From contig JBLNCF010000014.1 of NCBI GenBank assembly GCA_050260455.1, positions 1 through 37,147 of the forward strand: a stretch of DNA of 37,147 nt, written 5' to 3'. Below, piece by piece: positions 9,151 to 18,055 of the stretch. The notes beneath the pieces are model-generated. The model was given only the letters and a program-made list of their open reading frames with translations, had not been told where the DNA came from and did not search any database. Source of the stretch: Bacillota bacterium. GTDB lineage: Bacteria; Patescibacteriota; Minisyncoccia; Phycocordibacterales; Phycocordibacteraceae. The position numbers and the translations under genes are program-made. Every line of letters starts with the position of its first letter. The first letter of the stretch is position 1.

Positions 9151-10092
9151 ATGAATGTAGAAATCCCTGAGGGCAAAACGAAGCGAATCGAACCGTACGA
9201 TCATCCCTTCGAACCGCGTCGATGTCGTCCTCGCAACAAGGATGATACGACAGCAGGGGATGGCGCTCGGCACGATGTCATTGCCGGCAAGGCCGCGATA
9301 TCGACCCGCACGACGGTGAACATCTTTCGTTTATTGAAGGCGTGCGGCTTCCCGATTGCCTTTGATGGCGAGGAAACCGATCGTTCTGGCGACGAGACCT
9401 CGTTCATCGCCTATGAACTCGACATGATCATGCTTGAGGTGGTGACGCGCGGTCTGGCGTACGGCTCGTATCTTGAGCGGAACCCCCACGCAAAGAAAGG
9501 GGATCCGTTCGAAACTCCGCTCGTCGAGTTCTTCCTCAAGACCAAGGGTCGGCTGTGGCCTGTTCCAAAGGGGGTCATCAGCCTTCGATGCGACGACCCA
9601 CTGATGGAGATCGTTAATGACGGCGTGTACCTGCATCACGCACACGAGACGTTCGTGCGGGGCGGTCACTTCACGCGCCTGACATTGGACGAAGCGTTTC
9701 CCGTCCCCGGCACGCGTGAATTGCTTCCGGTGATGGCCAGCATTAATGCGGCCATATATCACACGTTGCGATACGCATTCTTGTTGGTGGGCGGAGCAGA
9801 GGGGCTCGATATAACGTTCCCCGACATGAAAATCGAGTACGGATTCGATTCCCTCCGTCGATTGTGGGTGGGTGACGTTATCGACGCCGAGTCCTGTCGG
9901 CTGCTCGTCAATGGTGAGCATGCAAGCAAACAAGGATTCCGCGAAGGTGCGCCTCCCGAGCTTGCAAAACTTCAGCTGGCACGTGCAGCGGACATCACCG
10001 ATCGTTTCCCGCAGGTCACTCCGCGGGTCCAGGAATGGGTGAATCAACACTTCGCGTTCGTTGCGAGTGAACACATACCCATTCTTTGTTAA
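9151..10092 (+). CDS. purC: SAICAR synthetase (PAICS/Ade5-type PurC domain, divergent)
   Basis: EGKTK, KDD-TAGDG, GKAAIS, EVVTR..A-GSYL-RNP, DMKIEYG, DVID..S-RL and KQ-FR motifs; follows purE. Confidence 0.82.
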   Translation: MNVEIPEGKTKRIEPYDHPFEPRRCRPRNKDDTTAGDGARHDVIAGKAAISTRTTVNIFRLLKACGFPIAFDGEETDRSGDETSFIAYELDMIMLEVVTRGLAYGSYLERNPHAKKGDPFETPLVEFFLKTKGRLWPVPKGVISLRCDDPLMEIVNDGVYLHHAHETFVRGGHFTRLTLDEAFPVPGTRELLPVMASINAAIYHTLRYAFLLVGGAEGLDITFPDMKIEYGFDSLRRLWVGDVIDAESCRLLVNGEHASKQGFREGAPPELAKLQLARAADITDRFPQVTPRVQEWVNQHFAFVASEHIPILC

Positions 10093-10117
10093 CACAGGTT
10101 TCATCGAGTCAACTTTG

Positions 10118-10149
10118 GGCGGCCATGGGAACGTGGCCGCCTTTCTTTT
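10118..10149 (+). terminator. Intrinsic terminator of purE-purC
   Basis: GGCGGCCATG-GGAA-CGTGGCCGCC followed by TTTCTTTT. Confidence 0.75.
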
Positions 10150-10199
10150 ATCCTCGTCATTAAAAACCACAGGTGCGTGCATACCGTATACTTTGAGTA

Positions 10200-12923
10200 A
10201 TGGAGGGGCCCATACGACCGCTCGCTAATCCCGAGGATGAGCTCGCATATCTGCGTGCAGAGATTGCACGTAAGGAAGCTGAACTCGCCATGATGCGCGA
10301 AGGAGCACCGCGAGAAGAGGTGGCGCATGAACGTATCTTGAGTCACCGCAATGCGCCAACGGCAGTGCTTGCTCCCGAGTACCGTCTTGACGACAGTGCC
10401 GTTCATGAACTTGCTCGTGGACTCGATCCAGAGCAGAACGACGAGACGATGAGAGAACTAAAAAGCATCATGGAGGAAAAGGGCGTGAAGAATGCCTTTG
10501 CGGTTCTTGAGAAACTCGGCAACCCACACCTTGATGATGATTTTCATCGGTTCCTGGTTCAGTACGTGGTGTCAGGTATGACGGTATCGGGACTGCCAGA
10601 AGGAGCGCCCACCTGGAAGGCACTGCATATGTCCCTTTACGAGATTGCACTCCCAGAATCTAAGGAGGAAGAGGCAAATAATCGCGTGAAGCCGCTTAAG
10701 GAACTTATCTCGGCGATGGAGCAGTTCTATGCCGGCATGCTGGGAGTCGAACATGGCGACAAGAATGAACCGACTTACTTCACGCTTGAACTCGCCGTCC
10801 GGGTCAATGCACCCACACTGCAGTTCTATGCATCGGTCCCTAATAGCAAACGCGATTTATTTGAGAAACAATTGCTCGCGATTTTCCCGAACGCCCGCGT
10901 GGCGCTTCAGCCGAATGACTACAACGTATTCGTTGAGGACGGTGTGTCTGTTGGCTCGTTCGCTACCCTCAAGGATCGCCCAATGCTTCCACTCAAGGAC
11001 TATTCCGAATTCGACTACGATCCTCTTAACTCCATTCTGAATGCGTTTGCCAAGATTGATTCAGAGAATGAGGGTGCGGCGCTCCAAATACTCATCAAAC
11101 CAGCCGGGGCACATTACACGGATCACTATCGCCGCATTCTCGCGCAGTTACGGAAGGGTGAGACTCGCGATCGTGCATTCCGGCTTCCGGAGACCCTCGT
11201 TGGTGATCTCGCTCGAGAAGCAGTTGGCATGTTCGGTTCACCACGCAAACTCGATCCGTCCAAAGCCGACAAGGTTGCGATCGAGCAAATGGAAAAGAAG
11301 ATTGCGGCCCCCATCGTCGACACCAATATTCGTATTGTCGTTTCCTCTCGAGACGCCAGCAAAGCTGACGCGATTCGCATGGAGCTTGAGGCAGCGTTCA
11401 ACCAGTTTGAGAATACTGTTGGCAACCGCATCTCGTTCAAGACGATCGCAAAGGGCAATGCAAAGAAGCTTTTCCATAACTTTACGTTCAGATTGTTCTC
11501 GAAAGGAAGCATACTCCCGCTTTCACTGCGTGAACTCACGACGTTGTATCACTTCCCACCGAAGGGTATCGAATCATCACCGCATCTCGTGCAGTCACGT
11601 GCAGCCTCGGCTGCCGCTCCAGCAGAACTGCCGTCAGAAGGTCTGGTGATCGGTACGAATCAATACCGAGGACAGACCACGACGGTGCGCTTGGCGCCTG
11701 AAGACCGTCTTCGCCATCTCTATGTCATCGGTCAGACCGGTACCGGTAAGACGTCGTTCATGAAGACGCTTATCGCGCAGGATATTAAGGCAGGGAATGG
11801 GGTCTGCTTTATCGATCCTCATGGCAATGACATCCTGGATGTACTCTCGTGCATTCCGCCTGAACGATATGAAGATGTTATCTACTTCGATCCAGCCGAG
11901 TTGTCGCGCCCGTTCGGTTTGAATCTTCTAGAATACGATCCTGCGCACCCGGAACAAAAGACATTCATAGTGAACGAGTTGCTTGCCATCTTCCGCCGGC
12001 TATACGGCGATGTCCCGGAGTCGATGGGACCTGCCTTCGAGCAGTACTTCCGCAATGCGACCTTACTTGTGATGGAGGATCCTGAATCCGGCTCGACGCT
12101 CATGGACATCGGTCGCGTCCTTTCAAACAAAGCCTTCCGTGACCTGAAGCTTTCCAAGAGCCGTAATCCAATCGTGAATCAGTTCTGGACCGAGATAGCG
12201 ACCCAGGCGGGCGGCGAGGCATCTCTCGAAAACATCGTTCCCTACATCACCAACAAGTTCGATGACTTCACCGCAAACGATTTCATGCGCCCCATCATCG
12301 GACAACAAGAATCGTCGTTCCGGTTCCGTGAACTTATTGATAACAAGAAGATTCTCCTCGTGAATCTCTCGAAGGGACGTTTGGGTGAACGTAATGCAAA
12401 CCTCCTCGGTCTTATCTTGGTTGGCAAGCTTTTCATGGCGGCGCTCTCTCGTGCCGATGACCCCCGCGGTATCTTCCCGCCGTTCTATCTGTATATAGAC
12501 GAATTCCAGAACATCACCACCGATTCCATTCCCGGTATCTTATCGGAAGCGCGCAAGTACAAGCTCTCACTTACCATTGCACATCAGTTCCTGGCGCAGG
12601 TGGATGAGAAGATTCGTGATGCGGTCTTCGGCAACGTGGGTTCCATGGCAGTGTTCCGTGTGGGTCAGGAGGACGGGGAGTTCTTTGAGAAGCAGTTCGC
12701 ACCGGTCTTCAAAGCAGGTGACTTCACCTCCATTGAGAACTATCACGCCTATGTAAAGCTGCTTGCTCGTGGCGTGCCGCAGAAGCCGTTCGACATCGCG
12801 TCCTTGCCGCCGGTGCAGGGTGAGGAGGCGCAGGTGAATGATCTACGTCAGCTTTCGTACCTTACCTACGGACGCGATCGTGCTACCGTGGAAGCCACCA
12901 TACAGGCTCGCTATCTTTCGTAA
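10200..12923 (+). CDS. VirD4/TraG/HerA-like (type IV coupling-protein-like) P-loop ATPase
   Basis: DRLRHLYVIGQTGTGKT (Walker A), FIDPHG, LYIDEFQ (Walker B), SEARKY...AHQF..Q; long N-terminal extension. Confidence 0.88.
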   Translation: MEGPIRPLANPEDELAYLRAEIARKEAELAMMREGAPREEVAHERILSHRNAPTAVLAPEYRLDDSAVHELARGLDPEQNDETMRELKSIMEEKGVKNAFAVLEKLGNPHLDDDFHRFLVQYVVSGMTVSGLPEGAPTWKALHMSLYEIALPESKEEEANNRVKPLKELISAMEQFYAGMLGVEHGDKNEPTYFTLELAVRVNAPTLQFYASVPNSKRDLFEKQLLAIFPNARVALQPNDYNVFVEDGVSVGSFATLKDRPMLPLKDYSEFDYDPLNSILNAFAKIDSENEGAALQILIKPAGAHYTDHYRRILAQLRKGETRDRAFRLPETLVGDLAREAVGMFGSPRKLDPSKADKVAIEQMEKKIAAPIVDTNIRIVVSSRDASKADAIRMELEAAFNQFENTVGNRISFKTIAKGNAKKLFHNFTFRLFSKGSILPLSLRELTTLYHFPPKGIESSPHLVQSRAASAAAPAELPSEGLVIGTNQYRGQTTTVRLAPEDRLRHLYVIGQTGTGKTSFMKTLIAQDIKAGNGVCFIDPHGNDILDVLSCIPPERYEDVIYFDPAELSRPFGLNLLEYDPAHPEQKTFIVNELLAIFRRLYGDVPESMGPAFEQYFRNATLLVMEDPESGSTLMDIGRVLSNKAFRDLKLSKSRNPIVNQFWTEIATQAGGEASLENIVPYITNKFDDFTANDFMRPIIGQQESSFRFRELIDNKKILLVNLSKGRLGERNANLLGLILVGKLFMAALSRADDPRGIFPPFYLYIDEFQNITTDSIPGILSEARKYKLSLTIAHQFLAQVDEKIRDAVFGNVGSMAVFRVGQEDGEFFEKQFAPVFKAGDFTSIENYHAYVKLLARGVPQKPFDIASLPPVQGEEAQVNDLRQLSYLTYGRDRATVEATIQARYLS

Positions 12924-12925
12924 CT

Positions 12926-15900
12926 ATGGCTAGATCACCAGGCGAAGGAATCTCCAAACAATCACGCGAAGTAACAAAGCCGCTTGATGCGCAGAGCGAG
13001 CGTACTGCACTCGCTGATGCGTTCTTTAAACGCACAAAAGCGGGTGTGCCTTCGTCGGTATATTACGAAACCCTGCAGGCACTCGATGCCTACGAGGCGG
13101 CGAAAGGAACACCCGAAGCGAATGAGCGTATGCGCGAATACGAAGCACTGAAGTCTGGCTTTCTGGGTGTCCAGGCTCCATCCAAGGATGTGATAGTTCA
13201 AGAAGACAAATCGCAGTCTGAAAAACAACCAGCCACTTCTCGAAAGAAGCAGCTTCAACCGCGTACGGTGTCTACCGAAGATCAACTTATGGACGCACTG
13301 GTCGCCTCCCAAGCGGCCGAGAAAGATCTCTATGACATGCGTGGATATGAACGTCTTGATGCGTTGCAGACCGAGGCTCACCGAGAGAATTACGCCCGAA
13401 CGCTTGAAGCAGAGTATGCTGCGTCCGATAGGCTTGAAGAAAACGTACGTACAAAGCTACCGGAGGCACTAGGAAAATTGGCGGAAAGTGCCCAGGCCAG
13501 AAAACAACGCGAGGAGTGGCAGCGCCTTGCTGCGTACTATCGAGAGAAGGCAGGAAGCACATATTCCTGGGATGAACGCATGGCTGCAATTCGTAATGCG
13601 GAATCATTTGAGCGGTTGATCGCACAGGATGAGCAACGAAGGAAGCCTCCTACTCCTGAACCTACCGTCATTGAATCTTCGCCAGCGGTGGAAGAGAAGC
13701 AAGAGAAAGTGGAAATCGAACAGCAAGAAGAGCTTCCCGAGCCTGATATCATAAAAGACGAATCTGTAGCTATGGAATCTGAACCCGTTCGCGAATCAAA
13801 GACTGAACCCAAAGTCACTCCAGAGCGGGAGAGTGATCATGAGGTGCTGCAGGAAACACCTGTAGAGGATCTGACCAAGAAGGAAACGAAGACAAAACTC
13901 GAGTCTCTCGTTAATCAGTACGGCCAGGGTGTAGGGAACTCTATCCTTACCGGCGGTAATATTCCGCTTGGCACTAGTAAGCCGAAGTTTTCCATTCCAA
14001 ATAATCTGGAAGGGAATTTCAAGTACGAAGGAAAGGGAGGGTACGAGTTTTCAATACCGGTGCCTAAGGTCGAAGCAACAAAGACTCCAGAAGAAGGTGC
14101 AACAGAAGCGTCTCCTAAAACAGCTGCAGAAGCCCTTGATCGTGCAAAGAACCGCGCAGGCAAGATTGAAGCAACTAAAGTTTTCGAGTCTGGTTTGGAA
14201 AAGCAGCGAGCCAATGTCAAAGAGAAGGAAATGTACTACTTCTCCATGCTGCGTCGCCATCAGCATGAGCGTGGGTTCTGGGACGCAACGTTGATGCGTC
14301 TTGGTGCCCGGAAGAGTAATAGAGACCGACTTCCCCTCCATCTACAGGAATTGCGTCAGGGAGTCATGAAGGCACGTGCTGAAGAAGCACAGTACCTACT
14401 CGGTTCCATTGAGGCACGTCGAGAAGGTCGTGGTGCGAAACGTGACATGGACAAGGTGATCGAGCAGGGACCAAATAAGGGCAAGACCCACGGTGAAGTT
14501 CTGCGTGAGCGCTATAAACGGATGTTTGTTACGAAAGAGGTGGTGTTCGGATTTGAGAACGCTGAACAGAAGGCACGTATGGATGGATTGCGCTCCCGTG
14601 ATCGCACTCTCGTGGAGCGGGGTTGGAAGTGGTACAACAACCTTCCTCCGAAACAAAAGATACTGATGAGCGCACCATTCATTGCGACATTTGGTACAGC
14701 TGCGCTTATGGGCGGCGCAGTGCCGGCAGCCTTGGTGACTGGTCTCGGTATAGGAGCTGCTCGCTTGCGTTGGGTGGCCGAGAATCGTCGTGAGCAGGCA
14801 GCCGTGCATCGAAACCTGGCTCGAGATGCTCGGGAAGCCAAGATGCATTCTCTTGCGAACGGGCAGGATGCTCTGGCTGCGGGTCATGAACGTGTCGCAG
14901 GACGCTACAGTGGTGTCGCCAAGTGGCTTACCCCCGCTGGGTGGGGTCTCATGATAGGGGGAGGACTTACGCGCTTTATGCATCGCGACAAGATGGCAAA
15001 AGCAGGTGAAGGACTTGCGACCATGGAAGCTGGTCCTAATGGTGGCCGTAACTATCGTACGGGCGATGTAACTAATCCAGAGGCGCTCGGAAGCATGACT
15101 GCTGAACGCTCGGATGCTGCAGCTAAGGTAGGTAAGTACGAGAACCGAACAGATACCGCACGTGCTCTAAGTGCCCTTGCAGGAGGAGCGATCGGTGGCG
15201 CTGCTATCGGTGGTGCGTTCCATCACGTTGGTCCACATCCGGTACCTGGTGAACATGCGGGTACGGTCGGTACAGGAGGTCAGGGAGGAGGCGTAGAAGG
15301 CACACCCTCCGCCGCCGACCCTGTTGCTGCGGCTCACCATGGCTTTACCGCAGAAATCAATCACCGCGGAGAAGGTGCTGACCTACTGTATAAGGATCTG
15401 CGAGGTCAGTTGGAACAAGCATACGCAGGTCATACACCACCACCCGTTGTAGCAAAGCTTCTCTCGTACAAGAGTCTCGATCAGCTTTCACACGACACAG
15501 GATTCGAGAATTTCCCCAACAGTGCGGTCATGCATATGCACGATAAGTTTGTGATCTCGCCAGACGGACACTCCCTCTCCTTTGTGGATGCGAAGGGCAC
15601 TGAACATATGCTTATGCAGGAGACGCCCCAGCATGAGGTGACCACTATATCGCAGCCGGAAGGATGGCTACCTATGAAAGACTATACGCATCACCCTGCT
15701 GTAGCTCATGAGACAACGCCTACGCGAGGAGACGCTGCTGGTGATGCGCAGGTGGCGAACCTTAATGCTGCGGAAGCCGCAAGTCATTCGTCCCCCACCG
15801 AGTCAGTACCAGCGGGATCAGCGCCCGCTCCCGAACAGACACCCCAGGCCATCCCAGCTGGCGTTGATGCACACATCGATCGTATGCTTGCTTCTCCTGC

Positions 15901-16324
15901 CTGGAATATGAATCACGGATCAGGTGCCTGGGCAGCGGCAACCACCCCGATCAATGACCCGGTCGGAGCCATCTTCCGTGGCGATCTTCTCGATGTCATT
16001 CGTGATGCGGGCATCGCACCACATAAGGGTGAGGCTATCGATCAGTTCCTTAGTCGTGCAGCCGATACTATCCGACAGCATCCTTCAGGTGAGCATCCGG
16101 GAGTGTACCAATCTCAAGACACCTTGATTGCTCGAGGTGGTGAATATGATGCACGTCTCTTAATTGCTCAAGAATATGTGCGTACGAACCCGGGTGCCCA
16201 TGTTCTTGTCGCGACGGAGGACGGTAATGCGATTATGCTCCCCGGTTCTCTCAATGTGGACGTTGCCCAGTACGCCACGACCAAACTTCCGGAGGTTCCG
16301 GTGAACGCGAAGTTAATCTTCTAG
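12926..16324 (+). CDS. Giant hypothetical protein, 1132 aa (coiled-coil, acidic linker, central Gly-rich hydrophobic segments)
   Basis: Long uninterrupted ORF starting 2 nt after the ATPase stop, with coding-like composition. Confidence 0.85.
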   Translation: MARSPGEGISKQSREVTKPLDAQSERTALADAFFKRTKAGVPSSVYYETLQALDAYEAAKGTPEANERMREYEALKSGFLGVQAPSKDVIVQEDKSQSEKQPATSRKKQLQPRTVSTEDQLMDALVASQAAEKDLYDMRGYERLDALQTEAHRENYARTLEAEYAASDRLEENVRTKLPEALGKLAESAQARKQREEWQRLAAYYREKAGSTYSWDERMAAIRNAESFERLIAQDEQRRKPPTPEPTVIESSPAVEEKQEKVEIEQQEELPEPDIIKDESVAMESEPVRESKTEPKVTPERESDHEVLQETPVEDLTKKETKTKLESLVNQYGQGVGNSILTGGNIPLGTSKPKFSIPNNLEGNFKYEGKGGYEFSIPVPKVEATKTPEEGATEASPKTAAEALDRAKNRAGKIEATKVFESGLEKQRANVKEKEMYYFSMLRRHQHERGFWDATLMRLGARKSNRDRLPLHLQELRQGVMKARAEEAQYLLGSIEARREGRGAKRDMDKVIEQGPNKGKTHGEVLRERYKRMFVTKEVVFGFENAEQKARMDGLRSRDRTLVERGWKWYNNLPPKQKILMSAPFIATFGTAALMGGAVPAALVTGLGIGAARLRWVAENRREQAAVHRNLARDAREAKMHSLANGQDALAAGHERVAGRYSGVAKWLTPAGWGLMIGGGLTRFMHRDKMAKAGEGLATMEAGPNGGRNYRTGDVTNPEALGSMTAERSDAAAKVGKYENRTDTARALSALAGGAIGGAAIGGAFHHVGPHPVPGEHAGTVGTGGQGGGVEGTPSAADPVAAAHHGFTAEINHRGEGADLLYKDLRGQLEQAYAGHTPPPVVAKLLSYKSLDQLSHDTGFENFPNSAVMHMHDKFVISPDGHSLSFVDAKGTEHMLMQETPQHEVTTISQPEGWLPMKDYTHHPAVAHETTPTRGDAAGDAQVANLNAAEAASHSSPTESVPAGSAPAPEQTPQAIPAGVDAHIDRMLASPAWNMNHGSGAWAAATTPINDPVGAIFRGDLLDVIRDAGIAPHKGEAIDQFLSRAADTIRQHPSGEHPGVYQSQDTLIARGGEYDARLLIAQEYVRTNPGAHVLVATEDGNAIMLPGSLNVDVAQYATTKLPEVPVNAKLIF

Positions 16325-16327
16325 TCT

Positions 16328-16633
16328 ATGGCTACGACGCAAGCAGCATTTGATTCGATACTCAAAGCGGTGGAATTCGAAGAACTTCCGCAGGAAGAGC
16401 AGGATGCATTTCTGGAAGAACTGAATTCCATTGTATTTCGTGGTGCCGTATTACGGACCGTGGAGCGCATGGACGAACGCACTCGTGACGCCTGGTATCA
16501 CCTTATTGAAAGTGGGGCTTCAGATGAAAAAATGCAGCAATTCCTAGCCAAACGAGCGCCTCATGCAGAGCTTGCCTTAGCCGAGACCGTAGAGATGCTC
16601 GCGGATGATATACTTGCAGTTACTAACAACTAA
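16328..16633 (+). CDS. Small acidic helical protein (DUF5663-like)
   Basis: EELPQEEQDAFLEEL...R.VERMDE pattern; tightly spaced in the operon. Confidence 0.65.
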   Translation: MATTQAAFDSILKAVEFEELPQEEQDAFLEELNSIVFRGAVLRTVERMDERTRDAWYHLIESGASDEKMQQFLAKRAPHAELALAETVEMLADDILAVTNN

Positions 16634-16638
16634 TACGT

Positions 16639-17142
16639 ATGAATATCACTGCAACCGTTGTCGCCGTCTCGCTCGCCGTGGTCGTCGCTCTAGGATTCCT
16701 TTTCCTAGGACCGAACCTCTTCCGGCCATTCCAGGCTGGACCGGCTACCGAGCAGTCGCAAACCGTTATGGCCACTACATCTTCAGAAGGAGCACCACAG
16801 ATTCCGAACGAACTTCCCACCACTCTCACGGCAACCGATGACGTCGTTGGTACCGGTGATACTGCGAAAGCCGGTGACACGGTCACGGTGAATTACGTTG
16901 GTGCGCTCCCAGATGGAACGGTATTCGATGCATCCGCAAATCATGGCCAGTCATTTACCTTCACCCTCGGTGCAGGTCAGGTGATTCCTGGTTGGGACCA
17001 GGGCATTGTGGGTATGAAGGTGGGTGGCAAACGCCGTCTTATCATCCCGCCTGACATGGCATACGGCTCACGCGATCTTGGCGTTATTCCGCCGAACTCC
17101 ACGCTCATCTTCGAAGTCGAGCTCGTGAAGATCGGACAGTAA
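16639..17142 (+). CDS. Membrane-anchored FKBP-type peptidyl-prolyl isomerase
   Basis: GD-VTVNYVG-L-DG-VFD-S, GQVIPGWDQG..GMKVGGKR-L-IPP..AYG and IPPNSTLIFEVEL motifs; N-terminal TM helix. Confidence 0.95.
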   Translation: MNITATVVAVSLAVVVALGFLFLGPNLFRPFQAGPATEQSQTVMATTSSEGAPQIPNELPTTLTATDDVVGTGDTAKAGDTVTVNYVGALPDGTVFDASANHGQSFTFTLGAGQVIPGWDQGIVGMKVGGKRRLIIPPDMAYGSRDLGVIPPNSTLIFEVELVKIGQ

Positions 17143-17158
17143 GAATTATAAAGGGTGT

Positions 17159-17196
17159 AAAAAAGAAGACGCCTTCGGATCAGATCCGAAGGCGTC
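17159..17196. terminator. Terminator between convergent FKBP and lipoprotein genes
   Basis: GACGCCTTCGGAT-CAG-ATCCGAAGGCGTC 13-bp stem; the A-run at 17159-17167 gives a U-tail on the minus strand. Confidence 0.75.
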
Positions 17197-17221
17197 GCTC
17201 TTTATCGCCGAGCAGGCGAGG

Positions 17222-17890
17222 CTATTGTCCGGCAGGAGGCCAGAACGGCTGGCCGTACTGACTGGACTGCTGTTCGTTCGTTTGCCCTTGCGGCTGGCGG
17301 TCTTGGGGGGGTTGTTGGGGCGCCCCGCCGTAGACCGGTGCCTGATAGGTCGCCGCGCCCTGGAAGGCCGCGGTGACCCGGGGATCACCAGCTTCGCTCG
17401 GTGCGTACCAGACGATGGCCTGACCGTTGGTGGCGCCTTCGCCGTCACGAACACACGTGAGGACAAGGTTGCCGTTCTGATCACGGTAGTTGATCGCCTG
17501 GGTAGGAAAGCCGTAGACGGCGTTCAGGCTGCCGTAAAGCGCGGCCATGGGCCCGACCGCCATCTTTCCGGCAGTACCGACCGCATTCCACGCTTCTGAA
17601 CCTGCAGCGCCGCCGGCTGCACCCGTAGGGCCGCCGATCAGAATACCGCGACGGATACCGGCCTGAACCGGAGTCCCGCGGGTCTTCTCGACCACGTCAT
17701 TGCAGCGGACGACGATCTGCTGGTGCAGATAGAGGTCCTGCTGGGTGGGTGGGCCGGCCGAAAGCGGCTTCATGAGGGGGATCTCATCAGGTCTGATGGG
17801 ACCCCACTCGTGATTCCCGCCGACGGCGGCGCAGCCGGAAAGCATAACTAACGCGAGGGCAGCCCCCGCGCCCAATCCTATCTTGGTCAT
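17222..17890 (-). CDS. Putative lipoprotein with glycine-zipper-like segment and Q/P-rich tail
   Basis: Signal peptide ending in lipobox LSGC; GILIGGPTGAAGGAAG segment; SD GGAGG upstream. Confidence 0.7.
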   Translation of the reverse strand: MTKIGLGAGAALALVMLSGCAAVGGNHEWGPIRPDEIPLMKPLSAGPPTQQDLYLHQQIVVRCNDVVEKTRGTPVQAGIRRGILIGGPTGAAGGAAGSEAWNAVGTAGKMAVGPMAALYGSLNAVYGFPTQAINYRDQNGNLVLTCVRDGEGATNGQAIVWYAPSEAGDPRVTAAFQGAATYQAPVYGGAPQQPPQDRQPQGQTNEQQSSQYGQPFWPPAGQ

Positions 17891-17965
17891 GGAGGTACCC
17901 TCCGTTGGAGTTTTGACGAGCGTCTGATGTCCTGCCCGAATAGCCTGGGAAGAACACCTAGCACC

Positions 17966-17996
17966 ATTATATAACTGTACTTTTCTATAATGTCAA
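17966..17996 (-). promoter_or_regulatory. Sigma70-type promoter for the lipoprotein gene
   Basis: Minus strand TTGACA (17996-17991), N19, TATAAT (17971-17966). Both hexamers are perfect but the spacer is long. Confidence 0.55.
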
Positions 17997-18055
17997 GCGG
18001 GACGGTGGAGAGGATGTATTGCTTGCGAGCATAGATGCGGCTACCTTAAGGGAAC

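Noticed and set aside
9196-9240. Possible compensated frameshift near the PurC N-terminus (RRCRPRN in frame versus a more beta-strand-like VDVVL in another frame)
   Set aside because: The ORF is intact and both flanking motifs are in frame. This cannot be distinguished from divergence or an assembly error without homologue alignment or reads.
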